DNA of 64,000 nucleotides from an uncultured delta proteobacterium (lineage in GTDB: Bacteria; Desulfobacterota; Zymogenia; Zymogenales; Zymogenaceae), in NCBI GenBank assembly GCA_963735595.1, contig CAVTLK010000005.1, positions 384,001 through 448,000 on the forward strand, written 5' to 3'. Positions 42,477 to 52,984 of the stretch are shown piece after piece. The stretch's first letter is position 1. The number at the start of each line of letters is the position of its first letter. A model generated the notes under the pieces. The model made no database searches, was not told the DNA's origin, and saw only the letters and a list, made by a program, of their open reading frames with translations. A program made the translations under genes and the position numbers.

Positions 42477-44151
42477 ATGATACGAGACGTTAAACAGATG
42501 AGCGAGCGTCACTACGACCTGATCATCATCGGCGGCGGCATCACCGGCGCGGCGGTGGCCTGGGACGCGAGCCTGCGCGGGCTCTCCGTGGCGATGTTCG
42601 AAAAGGACGATTTTGCCCACGCGACCAGCGCCGCGACCAGCAAGCTGATCCACGGCGGGCTGCGTTACCTCAAGAACTTCGAGCTGGGCCTCGTGCGCGA
42701 GTCGCTGGCGGAGCGGCGGATCATGGAGATAATCACGCCGCACTTCGTCCACCCGATCCCCTTTATCGTCCCGCTCTACGGCCACGGGATGGAGAGCCGC
42801 CTCCCGTTCCAGGCGGCGCTCTCGGTCTACGACCTGCTCGCCTACGACAAGGAAGACCTCAAGGACAAGGACAAGCGCATCAAGAACCACAGCATCATAT
42901 CGGAAGGCCAGGTCAAGAAGCTCCTGCCGGGCGTCCACACCCACGGCCTCAACGCGGGGGCCGTCTATTACGACTGCCAGATGAGCTGCCCGGAGCGCCA
43001 CGTGCTGGACTTCGTGGCGTCGGCGGCAGACTACGGGGCGGAAGTGGCAAATTACGCCTTAGTTGTCGATATCCTCAAGAACCGCAGCTCCGTGGTCGGG
43101 GTGCGGATCAGGGACCTGACCGACGGCGCCGAATACGAGATCATGGGGCGGGTGGTCATCAACGTCACCGGGCCCTGGGGGGATATCACGCTGGGGATGC
43201 TGCACCGCAAAGACGTGGAAAAACGGCTCATCCGCTCCAAGGGGATACACCTGATCACCCGCTCGCTGACCACGGAATACGGCGCCGTGCTCAGGACCAG
43301 GGACGGGCGGCACTTTTTCATCATCCCGTGGCGGGGGATGTCCCTCATCGGGACCACCGACCGCCTCTACAAGGGCGACCCCGACCATTTCAAGGTCTCC
43401 GAGGAGGATATCCAGGGCCTGGTGGACGACACCAACGAGAACTTCCCCGGCGCAAAGCTCAAGCGCAGCGACGTGCACTATTTTTACGGGGGGCTCAGGC
43501 CCATCGTGGAAAAGGACACCGATATCGACGTCTACGACGCCTCGCGTAAATACGAGATCTACGACCACGAGAAAGACGACAACGTCAAGGGGATCATCAC
43601 GGTCATCGGCGGCAAATACACCACGTCGCGAAACCTCGCCCGGCAGGTCGTGGACATGATCTACACCAAGCTGAAGCAGGAGCCGGCCGAGTGCCTGACC
43701 GACACGACCCCGCTCTACGACGGGGCGACCGGGCCGCTGCGCCGCTATCTCGATAAGGAACTGAAGAAGCACGCCCGGCAGTATAAGGCCGAGGTTATGG
43801 AGAACCTGATCTACCAGTACGGCACGGAGCACGGCAGGGTGCTCTCGGTGGCCGAGAAGGACGAATCGCTCAAGGAAAAGGTGGCCGACAGGAAGGCCGG
43901 ACATCATGGCCGAGGTGAGCTACGCCGTGACCGACGAGATGGCTTTACATCTCGACGACGTGATCTTCCGCAGGACGGGCATGGGCACCATCGGCAACCC
44001 CGGGGATGCGGCGCTCAAACGGTGCGCGGATTTGATGGGGCGGCTGTTGGGCTGGAGCGCGGAGCAGAAGAAAAAGGAGATCGCCTGGGTGAAGACCCAT
44101 TTCGTGCCCATCAAGAAGGACGGGGAGATACCGCCGATAAAGGACGTGTGA
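42477..44151 (+). CDS. glpD: FAD-dependent glycerol-3-phosphate dehydrogenase/oxidase (apparent frameshift near 43895)
   Basis: IIGGGITG, TSKLIHGGLRYL, IGTTD, GGKYTT; C-term LDDVIFRRT in next frame. Confidence 0.88.
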
Positions 44152-44696
44152 GGGGGTAGGGGAGAGGAGGGGTGTTGCGGCGCTTATTCTCTTGCGTGGC
44201 AAAGGATTTTACATTTTCCATGCCGTAAATCCCCACTCGTTATTACGAGCCGCCTGAAAGGCGGCGCGGCAATCTCGTCGATGATCACTCGCGAAGCGGG
44301 GCGATCACTCTGTAGATCAACGTATTAAAAGAGCCGCGCCCTTGCCCCACCCGCACCGATGAGATTGCTTCGGTCGCCGAGGCTCCCTCGCAATGACGGA
44401 TATGATTTGTCACGCTGAACCGTAACCGGTTAAGTCAAGTCACTCCACTGTACCTTCGCAGCCGTACCTCACTCGTCGTTGCGAGCCCCCGGAGGGGGTG
44501 CGGCAATCTCATCGGTGATCGCACGCGAAGCGGAGCGATCACTCCGTAAATCACGCGGTAAAAAACCACCCCTATGCCTACCCGCACCGATGAGATTGCT
44601 TCAGTCGTTACACTCCCTCGCAATGACGGGTATGGCTTTTCTGTATAGACCATATCGTAATAAGTCCGGGACCCTTTTACCAGATAGAACCTCACT

Positions 44697-45180
44697 CGTC
44701 ATTGCGAGGAGGCCGACAGGCCGACGCGGCAATCTCATAGGTGATTGCGAGCGAAGCGACGCGATCACTCCTCAATATAAGTCGTCGGAGAGATCGCGCC
44801 ATTCGGGATTGAGGCTATCGATCAACTCCTCTTTTTTCTTCCTCGAGCCGCCCTTGATCCGCTTTTCTCTCAGTATTGCGGTTTCGGCCGTCGGGAATGT
44901 CTCGCAGTAGACGAGTTTCGAGACGCGATACTTCGCGGTAAAGCCCGGGTTTATCCCTTCTTTATGCTCCTGGACACGCCGTGTTATGTTATTTGTGATT
45001 CCGGTATAGAGGACGGTGCTGCTATTATTCGTCATGATGTAGACGTAGAATTGCCTTGCCATTGGTTTTTACCCGGGAGTCTTAAAATCGGAGCAACGTC
45101 AGGTTTTTTTACTGAGCCTACGCTCTTTGCCACCCGCACCGAGGAGATTGCTTCGGTCGCTTAGCTCCCTCGCAACGACG
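44697..45180 (-). mobile_element. Putative autonomous repeat element 2: inverted CGTC arms enclosing a GIY-YIG gene
   Basis: Arms 44697-44736 and 45144-45180 bracket CDS 44772-45062; mobility is inferred. Confidence 0.55.
44772..45062 (-). CDS. Stand-alone GIY-YIG nuclease (96 aa), paralog of 24594-24884
   Basis: YVYIM..LYTGIT..RRV.EH..AILREKRIK..NPEW.DL; 50/96 identical to copy 1 by manual ungapped alignment. Confidence 0.93.
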   Translation of the reverse strand: MARQFYVYIMTNNSSTVLYTGITNNITRRVQEHKEGINPGFTAKYRVSKLVYCETFPTAETAILREKRIKGGSRKKKEELIDSLNPEWRDLSDDLY

Positions 45181-45224
45181 GGATCGGGCGTTGCCCAGTA
45201 CCATGTGATCTAATGAACCGGTAG

Positions 45225-46388
45225 TCACTTAATATCCCCCTCCCCAAATCCCTTCAACTGCTCAAGCACGAATTTTCTGATCTCGCCCGCTTTCGGGTAG
45301 CCTTTCAGGGCGTCTTTGGGGTGGTATTCCTTTAAGAGCGGTACCGCCTTTCCCCCGCAGTCGCACGTGGGTTTCTCTCCCCGCGGCACCGTGATGTGCC
45401 GGTTGCACTTCTCACACCGGTAGGTGTCCTTCCTCCCCGATTTCTTGCCCCGCTTTGCGAAGGGTTTTCCCTCTATATCCACGATATCAAACGAGAAATC
45501 GACGGTGGTGGCGCTCGATATCGACGTCCCCACGCCGTAGGAATCGCACAGCGGGTTCAGCTCTTTAATCGAATACTCGTCCAGCCCGCCGCTTGCCAAG
45601 AGCTTCACGTGGGAGAAACCGCGCAGGTTCAGCTCCCAGCGCACCTCCGCGAGTATTTCCTTGAAGTTCCCCCTGCGGGAACCGGGGGTATCGAGCCTGA
45701 CGCCGAAGAGGTCCTTCCCCAGCGCCTCGGCCACACTGACCGCCTCGAACTTCTCGTCGTTGAACGTATCAATCAGCACGATCCGGTTGACGGCCCTGTC
45801 GATGATCTCGTTAAACGAGGTCGCCGCCTCCACCGTATCGCCTATTAACAGAATCAGCGCATGCGGCATCGTGCCGGTGGGGGGGAGTTCCAACAGCTCG
45901 GCCGAGGCCACGGAGCTGACGCCGTCGCACCCGCCGACGTAGGCGGCCCGGTCGATCATCGGGGCGATAGCCGGGTGCATCCGGCGCGCGCCGAAGGAGA
46001 GCAGCGGCCGGTGCCCGGCGGACACCCGGCAGCGCGCGGCCATGGTGGCGATCCCCGTGGCCTGGCATAAAAACCCGAGAATCGCCGTCTCGTGGACGCC
46101 GAAGTCGGTATATTCGCCCTCGATCTCGAGGACCGGCTCTCCCGGATAGAATATCGACCCCTCGGGCAGCGCCCTGATCGTCACGTCGTGGATCGACAGG
46201 AGGTCAAGCACCTCCTCCAGCCCGCAGAAGACCCCCCACTCCCAGTTCCTCGGGAAGCCCTTGAGGAAGACCTCGGCGGCCACACGGCGTTTGATCTTCT
46301 TCGCATCGAGGACCTGCCTGGTACGGACGAAATAGATATCGGTGACCTTGCCCTGCCTGATCTCTTCTTCGGTGAGCGTATAAAACAT
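45225..46388 (-). CDS. pncB: Nicotinate phosphoribosyltransferase
   Basis: TDIYF, FGARRMHP, GTMPHA, LIDTF, VRLDT, SGGLD, YGVGT. Confidence 0.88.
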   Translation of the reverse strand: MFYTLTEEEIRQGKVTDIYFVRTRQVLDAKKIKRRVAAEVFLKGFPRNWEWGVFCGLEEVLDLLSIHDVTIRALPEGSIFYPGEPVLEIEGEYTDFGVHETAILGFLCQATGIATMAARCRVSAGHRPLLSFGARRMHPAIAPMIDRAAYVGGCDGVSSVASAELLELPPTGTMPHALILLIGDTVEAATSFNEIIDRAVNRIVLIDTFNDEKFEAVSVAEALGKDLFGVRLDTPGSRRGNFKEILAEVRWELNLRGFSHVKLLASGGLDEYSIKELNPLCDSYGVGTSISSATTVDFSFDIVDIEGKPFAKRGKKSGRKDTYRCEKCNRHITVPRGEKPTCDCGGKAVPLLKEYHPKDALKGYPKAGEIRKFVLEQLKGFGEGDIK

Positions 46389-46421
46389 GATGAGTCCTTT
46401 CGTGATAGACGGTGATGGCGT

Positions 46422-46450
46422 AGGATAGCGTCAGGGGGGCGTTTTGTCAA
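46422..46450 (-). promoter_or_regulatory. Sigma70-like promoter of pncB
   Basis: TTGACA-17 bp-TATCCT on minus strand. Confidence 0.6.
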
Positions 46451-46513
46451 CAGACAAACGAAGGGGGACGGGTACGGGAAGACACGGGGGCGTCCGGCGG
46501 GATAGAAAGCCGG

Positions 46514-47272
46514 TTATACCGTGATCCCGATACTTAAAAGATACTCGGACAGGCGATTGAGGAGGGCGGGGTCCCGGATAAGGTCCTCGGTTATCGCGAA
46601 CTCCCGCGTCAGCGCCTCGGAAACCGTGACCGGCGAAAGGGCCGCGGCCGATTCCTTGACGGCGGAAAGCGTGCGCCCGCCGCCGCCTATTTGGGCCACG
46701 GCGTGCGCGCGCTCGACCACGGCCGCCATGAAGTCGGCCGAATCAATGATCTCGGAGACGATCCCGATCTCGCGGGCCTCTGCTGCCTGCACGACCCTTC
46801 CCGTGGCGCAAAGCTCCAGGGCGCGCGCCGTGCCCACGCGCCGGGCCAGGGGGAAGACCAGCGGGTTGATGCCGAAGTTGACCTCAACGTGGCCGAAGGA
46901 CGCCCCAGGGGCGGCCAGGATGATATCGCCTGCCAGCGCCAGGTCAAATCCGCCGGCCAGTGCGATGCCGGCGACGGCGGTGATGACGAGCTTTTTACAC
47001 CCATAGATGGCCTCGTGGAACTCGAGGATGCGGTGGCGGAACGAGCCGAATTTCGTCTGCACTGCCTCCGTCAGGTCGAAGCCCGCGCAGAAAAAACGGC
47101 CGCCACCGGAGATGACGATGACCTCAACCGAGGGGTCGGCTCCGGCGGTTGCGAGAAAGGCCTCCATCTCGTCGCGCAGGCGCACGGACAGGGCGTTGAG
47201 CGCGCGGGGGCGCGAGAGGACCGCCAGGGCGAGGGAGCCATCGCGAGATACGGCCAGATCGTGATATTCCAC
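46514..47272 (-). CDS. Enoyl-CoA hydratase/isomerase family protein
   Basis: RPRALNAL, FCAGFDL, GIALAGGFDLALAGD, EVNFG. Confidence 0.88.
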   Translation of the reverse strand: MEYHDLAVSRDGSLALAVLSRPRALNALSVRLRDEMEAFLATAGADPSVEVIVISGGGRFFCAGFDLTEAVQTKFGSFRHRILEFHEAIYGCKKLVITAVAGIALAGGFDLALAGDIILAAPGASFGHVEVNFGINPLVFPLARRVGTARALELCATGRVVQAAEAREIGIVSEIIDSADFMAAVVERAHAVAQIGGGGRTLSAVKESAAALSPVTVSEALTREFAITEDLIRDPALLNRLSEYLLSIGITV

Positions 47273-47344
47273 TGGCGGCCTCCTTAAGCAGTTCGGCGCG
47301 CCGGGGAGGCGCGCCGTTGCGGGTGAGTTTGAGCGTCCGGGCGG

Positions 47345-47968
47345 TTACTCCTCGAACACGAAGGGAAAGGTGAACGAGACGGCCTCGCCCGTTACGGTGG
47401 TCGGGGTGATAACGAGCTTGACACGGCCCATCGAGGCCGCAAGCCTCTGGAGATAGATGAAACCGTGAATGCGTGCCCCGGTGGTAACCGGGCCGAATCG
47501 AAAGGCCAGCGGCACCACGTCGGAGGCGTACCGGTCGTAGGGGTAGTGGTAGGGAGACCACCCCATGCCCCAGTGGTTCCATTCACTATAGCCGCCGCCC
47601 CAGAAGACCACGGGAGGGTAGGCATAGGCCGATACCGTGGCCCGGTCCACCGCTTCGGCGGGAACGACGCCGTACTGTACGTTGCCTTCGTCGTACATGA
47701 ACACCGAATCCTCGTGTATCGCGATATCCTGCCCGGTATTGTTGGAAATGGCGACGAGAAACGGGGTGAAGGCGCTGCCCACGTCCATCGGGTCATAGCG
47801 CCAGGCGTCCGCGTAAACCGATATGGTGATTGACTCCTTCGTGAGCGTGAGGCTCCTGGATCTCGCGTCGGCGATTCCCTCAGCCGTCGGTGCGGGGATG
47901 AGCGACGGGGCGCATGCCAGGAGCAGGAGCACCGCCGGGACCAGACAGAGCGCGCGTAAACGTCTCAT
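47345..47968 (-). CDS. Hypothetical lipoprotein
   Basis: Own RBS (AGGAG) and ATG, signal MRRLRALCLVPAVLLLLAC with lipobox; appears fused to the TPR ORF only through a frameshift. Confidence 0.7.
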   Translation of the reverse strand: MRRLRALCLVPAVLLLLACAPSLIPAPTAEGIADARSRSLTLTKESITISVYADAWRYDPMDVGSAFTPFLVAISNNTGQDIAIHEDSVFMYDEGNVQYGVVPAEAVDRATVSAYAYPPVVFWGGGYSEWNHWGMGWSPYHYPYDRYASDVVPLAFRFGPVTTGARIHGFIYLQRLAASMGRVKLVITPTTVTGEAVSFTFPFVFEE

Positions 47969-47978
47969 CGTTTCACTC

Positions 47979-49819
47979 CTATTTATCCGTTGTTGTGGGG
48001 GGGGGGACCTGCGGCGGTTCGTCCTTTTTCCCGGATCAGCGCCGCCGTTGGTATCCGTGCCGGGTGTGGCGTCGTCGACAGGGGCCCCGTCCGGGGAATC
48101 CGTATCGCCGGACGAGTCTTTCGGGGAAATTGTCGCCAGCAGCTCTCGTGCCTTGCCGTTCTCGGAATCGTATTTCAAGGCCTTCTTGAGCTCTATTGCC
48201 GCCTCGGACTTCTTGCCCAGGGCGATCAGTATCTCGCCCTTGACCTGGTAGCCCCTGCTGTAGTCGCTGTAGGCCCTGAGAGAGGTGTTGACCAGGTTCA
48301 GGGCATCGTTGAGGTCTCTCGTGCGGTTCTTATTGTCCTGGCTGTCGATCGAGAGGATCAGCTCGGCGATGTCGACGTAAACCTCGTGGAGGTCGGGCTT
48401 GATCTGGATTACCTTTTTGAGGGCGGCGATCGCCTTGGCGGGCTGGTTGTCCTCCCGGTACATCGCGGCCATATTGAGGTAGGATTCATACGACGTGGGG
48501 TCGATCTCCACCGCCTTGAGATACGCCTCCTCAGCTTCGTCCCTGTCCCCCTTCTTCAGGTAGGTATCGCCGATGCCGACATACGCATCGGCGCTGCCGG
48601 CGTCCAGGTCGATGGCGTCCTTAAAGGCGTCGAGGGCCTCGGAGTATTTACCCATCGACCGGTAGATGTTGCCGAGACTGACGTAGAGCTGGGGGTCCTC
48701 CGGGGAGGCGCTGATGGCGTTCTTGAGGATGGAGAGCGTCCCTTCCGCCTTTCCGAGCTTGATCCTGTTCATGACGAGATACTTGAGGGCATCGGCGTCG
48801 GTCCCGTCGATGGACACGGCGCGGGAGAGATAGGTATCGGCCCGGCCGTATTGTTCCTCGTCGAAGTAGAGCCTGCCGAGGTTGAAGTTGGCGTCGAAAT
48901 AATTGGGCTCTATCTCGAGGGATTTCCTGAAGTTATTCTCCGCGTCGGTGAAGAGGGCCGTCTCCATGTTGATAAGCCCCAGGTCGTTATAGACCTGATA
49001 GAGCCCCGGCTCCATCTCCAGCGCCTTGTTGTACCATGCCTCGGCCTCGTCGTAGATCTCCATGAGCATGAGGCAGCGGCCCATCGCGTAGATCGGCTCC
49101 ACCCGGTCAGGATTGGACTTCATCGCCCGGCCGAAAAAGCCGATGGCTTCGTCGTACCGGCCGAGGTGAAAGTAGGTAAGCCCGAGGTTATAGTTCGCGT
49201 CGAAGCTGGACGGGCTGGATTTGACCGCGTTCAGGAAAAAGTCGCACGCGTCTTCATAGTCTTTTCGGGAAAAGCAGATCTTGCCCAGGTTGTAACAGGA
49301 GACGTAATGATTCGACTTGATCCGGGTGGCCTTCTTGAAATACTTCTCCGCCTTTTCGGTCTCTCCCTGGCGGTAGTATATCTCTCCGATGCTGCCCAGG
49401 GCGTCGTAGTTATCGGACGCGATATCCAGGATCGCATCGTACATGTCCAGCGCGTCATCCCACTGTTCGAGGTCCATATAGATACTGCCGAGGGCGGAGT
49501 AGGCGGGTATATAATCGTTGCCGTATTTTATCGCCTTCTTGAGGTACGTAACCGCGGCGTCGCTATCCAGCAAGGCATAGGATATCTCACCCATGCGGGT
49601 CAGCGACTTGTAGTCCTTGGGGTCATCCGCCAGTATCTCCTCGTAGGCGGTCCTTGACTCGATGTAGTTCTTTTCGGAGAAGAGCGCCTCGGCAGCAAGG
49701 TACTTCTTGATCAGCTCCGGATCGGTTTGTTTCTCGTCACCGCCGCATGAAAGTACCAGGGGAAAAAGGAGGGTAAAGAGAAAGAGTAGTGTAAACGGCC
49801 GGAGTCTATTTGTCTTCAA
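47979..49819 (-). CDS. TPR-repeat lipoprotein (apparent frameshift near 48027)
   Basis: Lipobox LVLSC, many TPR units (e.g. ANYNLG, YNDLG); restoring one A gives ..KDEPPQVPPPTTTDK* ending 47979. Confidence 0.8.
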
Positions 49820-50004
49820 TTGTCTTCATGTCAAAAAGATTAGTTTTATTATCATATTATGATACCCCATGCTCCTTTTGTTAGTCAAGGGAAAAGAGAA
49901 AAACGCCTCCTCATTTGGCCTTGCGGGCGCCGTCGGGAAGGAGTAGTATATAGAAGATAACGAAAAACGATTGTGCACAGTCATATCAAAGGAGGGGAGA
50001 CGAG

Positions 50005-50834
50005 ATGAAGAGAAAGCCGGCGGTCGCGGGGCAGTTCTACCCCCTCAACCCGAAGACCCTCGAACGTGAGGTGTCGTCGTTCCTGGAGCCGGGCGGCCAA
50101 AGGAAACGGGCCGTTGGGGTCGTTTCTCCCCACGCGGGATACGTCTATTCGGGCGGTATCGCGGGCATGGTCTTTTCCCGGATCCAGGTGCCCCCGAGCG
50201 TCATCGTCCTCGGCCCCAATCATCGCGGAGTCGGCCGGGACGTGGCCGTTGCCGCCCGGGGCGCATGGGAGATGCCGTTTGGGGACGTTCCGATCGACGA
50301 AACCCTTGCCCGGCTGATCCTCGAATCCTCGAAGTCCGCCGTCGAAGACGAGCGGGCTCACGCCCTCGAACACTCTCTGGAGGTCCAGGTCCCTTTCATC
50401 CAGCAGGTCAGGCCCGATTTTCGCCTCGTTCCCATCGCCCTGGGGCGGCTTTCGCTGCCGGAGTGCCTGACGTTCGGTCAGGAGCTGGCCGAAGCGATCG
50501 GCCAGCACGGCGGGGACGTCCTGATCGTGGCGAGCAGCGACATGACGCACTACGAGCCGGCCCAGGCCGCGGAAAAAAAGGATCGGATGGTCATCGATCG
50601 GATGCTCCGTCTTGATCCGGACGCGGTCTACGAGACGGTTCGGGATAATCGGATCACGATGTGCGGGGTCGTCCCGGTGACGGTCATGCTTTCGGCGGCG
50701 CGCGCCCTGGGGGCAAAGAGGCCGAGCTCGTCGGCTATATGACCTCCGGGGATACGTCGGGAGATTACGGCAGCGTTGTCGGGTACGCGGGGATAATCGT
50801 TAGTAGGTATGCGAAGAACACGAAGCGCTTTTAG
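50005..50834 (+). CDS. amrB: AmmeMemoRadiSam system protein B (MEMO1 family; apparent frameshift near 50715)
   Basis: PAVAGQFYP, PHAGYVYSG, GPNH, EHSLEVQ, SSDMTH, MCG; tail YMTSGD..VVGYAG in next frame. Confidence 0.88.
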
Positions 50835-50887
50835 GGGTCCGGGCGCCGTCCCGATACGGTCCGCCCGGCAGGGGCGGCGCGTGCCCG

Positions 50888-51389
50888 CTATTCCTTGACC
50901 TCGCACGGTGGCGCCGTCGGGGATTCGGCCGCGATCTGCTTCCATGGACCTGCCGGTCTTGGCGGAGTCGGGGGCTGTCTGCGAGGATGTCGTCTTCCTG
51001 CTGCCTGCCGTCCTTCATCTTCATGAGGAACCAGTTTTATCTCACCGCGTCCTTTCATGCGGATGAGGGCGAATTTCCCCACGAGCTTCGTCCCGGAAAG
51101 CTCCACCTCTATTCGGCCCGTTTCCCAGCCGGCCGGCGAGATATCCCGATAGGTTCCCCTATCCCAGACCATGACCGGGCCCGCGCCGTAGCTTCCCTCG
51201 GGGATGACGCCCTCATAGTCCGCGTACGACAGGTCGTGATCGTCCACGGCAACGGCAAGGCGCTTTTCGGAGGTAGTCATTGACGGGCCCTTGGGTATCG
51301 CCCACGACACCAGGACGCCGTCCTTTTCGAGGCGGAAATCGTAGTGGAGCCGTTTTGCGCTGGTGTTTCTGAATCACGAAAGGGGGCAT
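50888..51389 (-). CDS. Stand-alone LigD 3'-phosphoesterase domain protein (several apparent frameshifts)
   Basis: FVIQKH, HYDFRLE, SWAIPKGPS, KRLAV..DH, YGAG.V.VWD.G spread over frames. Confidence 0.8.
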
Positions 51390-51399
51390 GATCGCTCCT

Positions 51400-52317
51400 T
51401 CAGGTGACCCTGTCCCGCTTCTTGAGGAGAAGCTTGAAGGCTTCGTTCTTAACCGTTTCCCGGACACTCTGGCTCTTAGCCAGCATGGCGAGGTCCTTGA
51501 CCTGCAGGTAATTGAGCTGGGCGACGGCCAGCGGGGTGGGGGTTCGGGGATTCTTGACTATCGCAAGGCGGATCTCCGAATTCTGTATCCATTTTCTGTT
51601 TTTCGCGATCATCTCCAGGACGTCGGAAGGAGCGGCGAAATCCTTGGCAATCTGGGCAATCTCCGATTCGGTAATACGGGGATTCCTGATGATGAGACGC
51701 GCCACGGACGCGTTGAGCTCGCGCAGGAGGATCGCCCGCTCCGCCTTGTCGGCCTTCGGGGCCAGGATCATCTTGTCCTTGACGGACATATTCTTGATCT
51801 GGATGGCCTTGATCTCTATGCGTTCGGGACTCTCGGCCGATGTCGTCACCGTTGATCCTCCAGGGGCGGCGAGGTCGCTGACGTCGAGTATCGGCTCGTC
51901 GGTGGGCGGACCGAGATTGATGAGCGGCCCCGGAGGTGACGGCCGTCCGTGCCGGACAGCCTCCCGATAAAGTCCTCGAGCTCCTTTTTCATCTTGACAA
52001 AATCCAGGAACTCGAGGGCGAATCCCGATTTCAATCCCCGTTCTTCGGCCTCCCTCGTATCGATCGTCCTGACTACTTCGGCCGCCAGTATCAACCGTTT
52101 TTTCATGATCGGGCAACGTGAGGGAGACCTCGACGGGCGTCTGGATGGGAAGCGGATTACCCGATTTTATGAACATCCCGCCAAAGCTGATATTTTCCGT
52201 CCAGTCTTCCCTGAGCCGTTCGATATTCTTATACTGGATTTTTATCTTTACTACGATCGCGGGTATGGGCGCGGTTGTCGCCAAAGGGTCTTTGTCCCTT
52301 CCGGTCGGTTCTTCCAT
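51400..52317 (-). CDS. PilZ-like domain protein with C-terminal helical repeat domain (compensating frameshifts)
   Basis: ENISFGGMFI; AEVVR..GFALEF in alternate frame 51846-52106; C-term RNPRIT, IVKNPRTP. Confidence 0.7.
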   Translation of the reverse strand: MEEPTGRDKDPLATTAPIPAIVVKIKIQYKNIERLREDWTENISFGGMFIKSGNPLPIQTPVEVSLTLPDHEKTVDTGGRSSQDDRYEGGRRTGIEIGIRPRVPGFCQDEKGARGLYREAVRHGRPSPPGPLINLGPPTDEPILDVSDLAAPGGSTVTTSAESPERIEIKAIQIKNMSVKDKMILAPKADKAERAILLRELNASVARLIIRNPRITESEIAQIAKDFAAPSDVLEMIAKNRKWIQNSEIRLAIVKNPRTPTPLAVAQLNYLQVKDLAMLAKSQSVRETVKNEAFKLLLKKRDRVT

Positions 52318-52421
52318 CAGGCGGTCCCCCATCGAGGTATACGGTGGCAGTATACCACCTTCGGCGCAGATCATGTCAAAATGAAATAGATGTAATCGAC
52401 CGCTATCGTCACGGTTGTATA

Positions 52422-52450
52422 TTGACATGGCCGCATCCGCTTGGTACAAT
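52422..52450 (+). promoter_or_regulatory. Sigma70-like promoter of response regulator-glgC
   Basis: TTGACA-17 bp-TACAAT with extended TG. Confidence 0.7.
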
Positions 52451-52615
52451 TATCCGGCAGCGCAGTATCATGCCGACGACTAAGAAGAACGTATCGATCG
52501 GCGAGGCCCAGGCGTCGCCTGATATACCGACCAGCCGGTTGCTGAATCGATGAACTATTGAAAGGCCCTCTGGATGACGCGAACGCATTGTCCGGACGCC
52601 GAGCGGGGGAGATCT

Positions 52616-52984
52616 ATGGCACGGATCCTAATCGTCGATGATGATGAAAATATCAGCGCCCTCTACGAAGAGGATCTCAAGGATGAGAACTATGAAGTAG
52701 CGGTCGCGTCCAACGGCAAGGAGAGCATCGAGATGCTCAAGACCTTCGCGCCGGACCTGATTGTAATGGATATCAGGATGCCGGAGATGGACGGTATCGA
52801 GGCCCTCGGCAAGATTATCGCAATGCACAAGAATATACCGATTATCCTCAACTCGGCATACTCCTCCTACAAGGATGACTTCAGGAGCTGGGGGGCGGAC
52901 GCCTACGTGGTCAAATCGTCGGATACCGGCGCTCTCAAAGAAAAGATCAAAGAGATCCTGGACCGAGCGGGCCAGGGGAAGTAG
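52616..52984 (+). CDS. Single-domain response regulator
   Basis: ILIVDDD, PDLIVMDIRMPEMDG, YVVKS. Confidence 0.92.
   Translation: MARILIVDDDENISALYEEDLKDENYEVAVASNGKESIEMLKTFAPDLIVMDIRMPEMDGIEALGKIIAMHKNIPIILNSAYSSYKDDFRSWGADAYVVKSSDTGALKEKIKEILDRAGQGK

Larger units (their letters stand above)
44234..45180. repeat. Second-subfamily CGTC palindromic repeat array; third unit contains GIY-YIG gene 2
   Basis: Units about 44238-44398, 44474-44628, 44697-45180 with GGCAATCTC..GCGATCACTC [spacer] ACCCGCACCGA.GAGATTGCTTC..CTCGCAA.GACG. Confidence 0.92.

Noticed and set aside
47345..49819. 824-aa TPR-lipoprotein fusion ORF
   Set aside because: Second half has its own RBS, ATG and lipobox, and a single homopolymer indel near 48027 restores a stop at 47979
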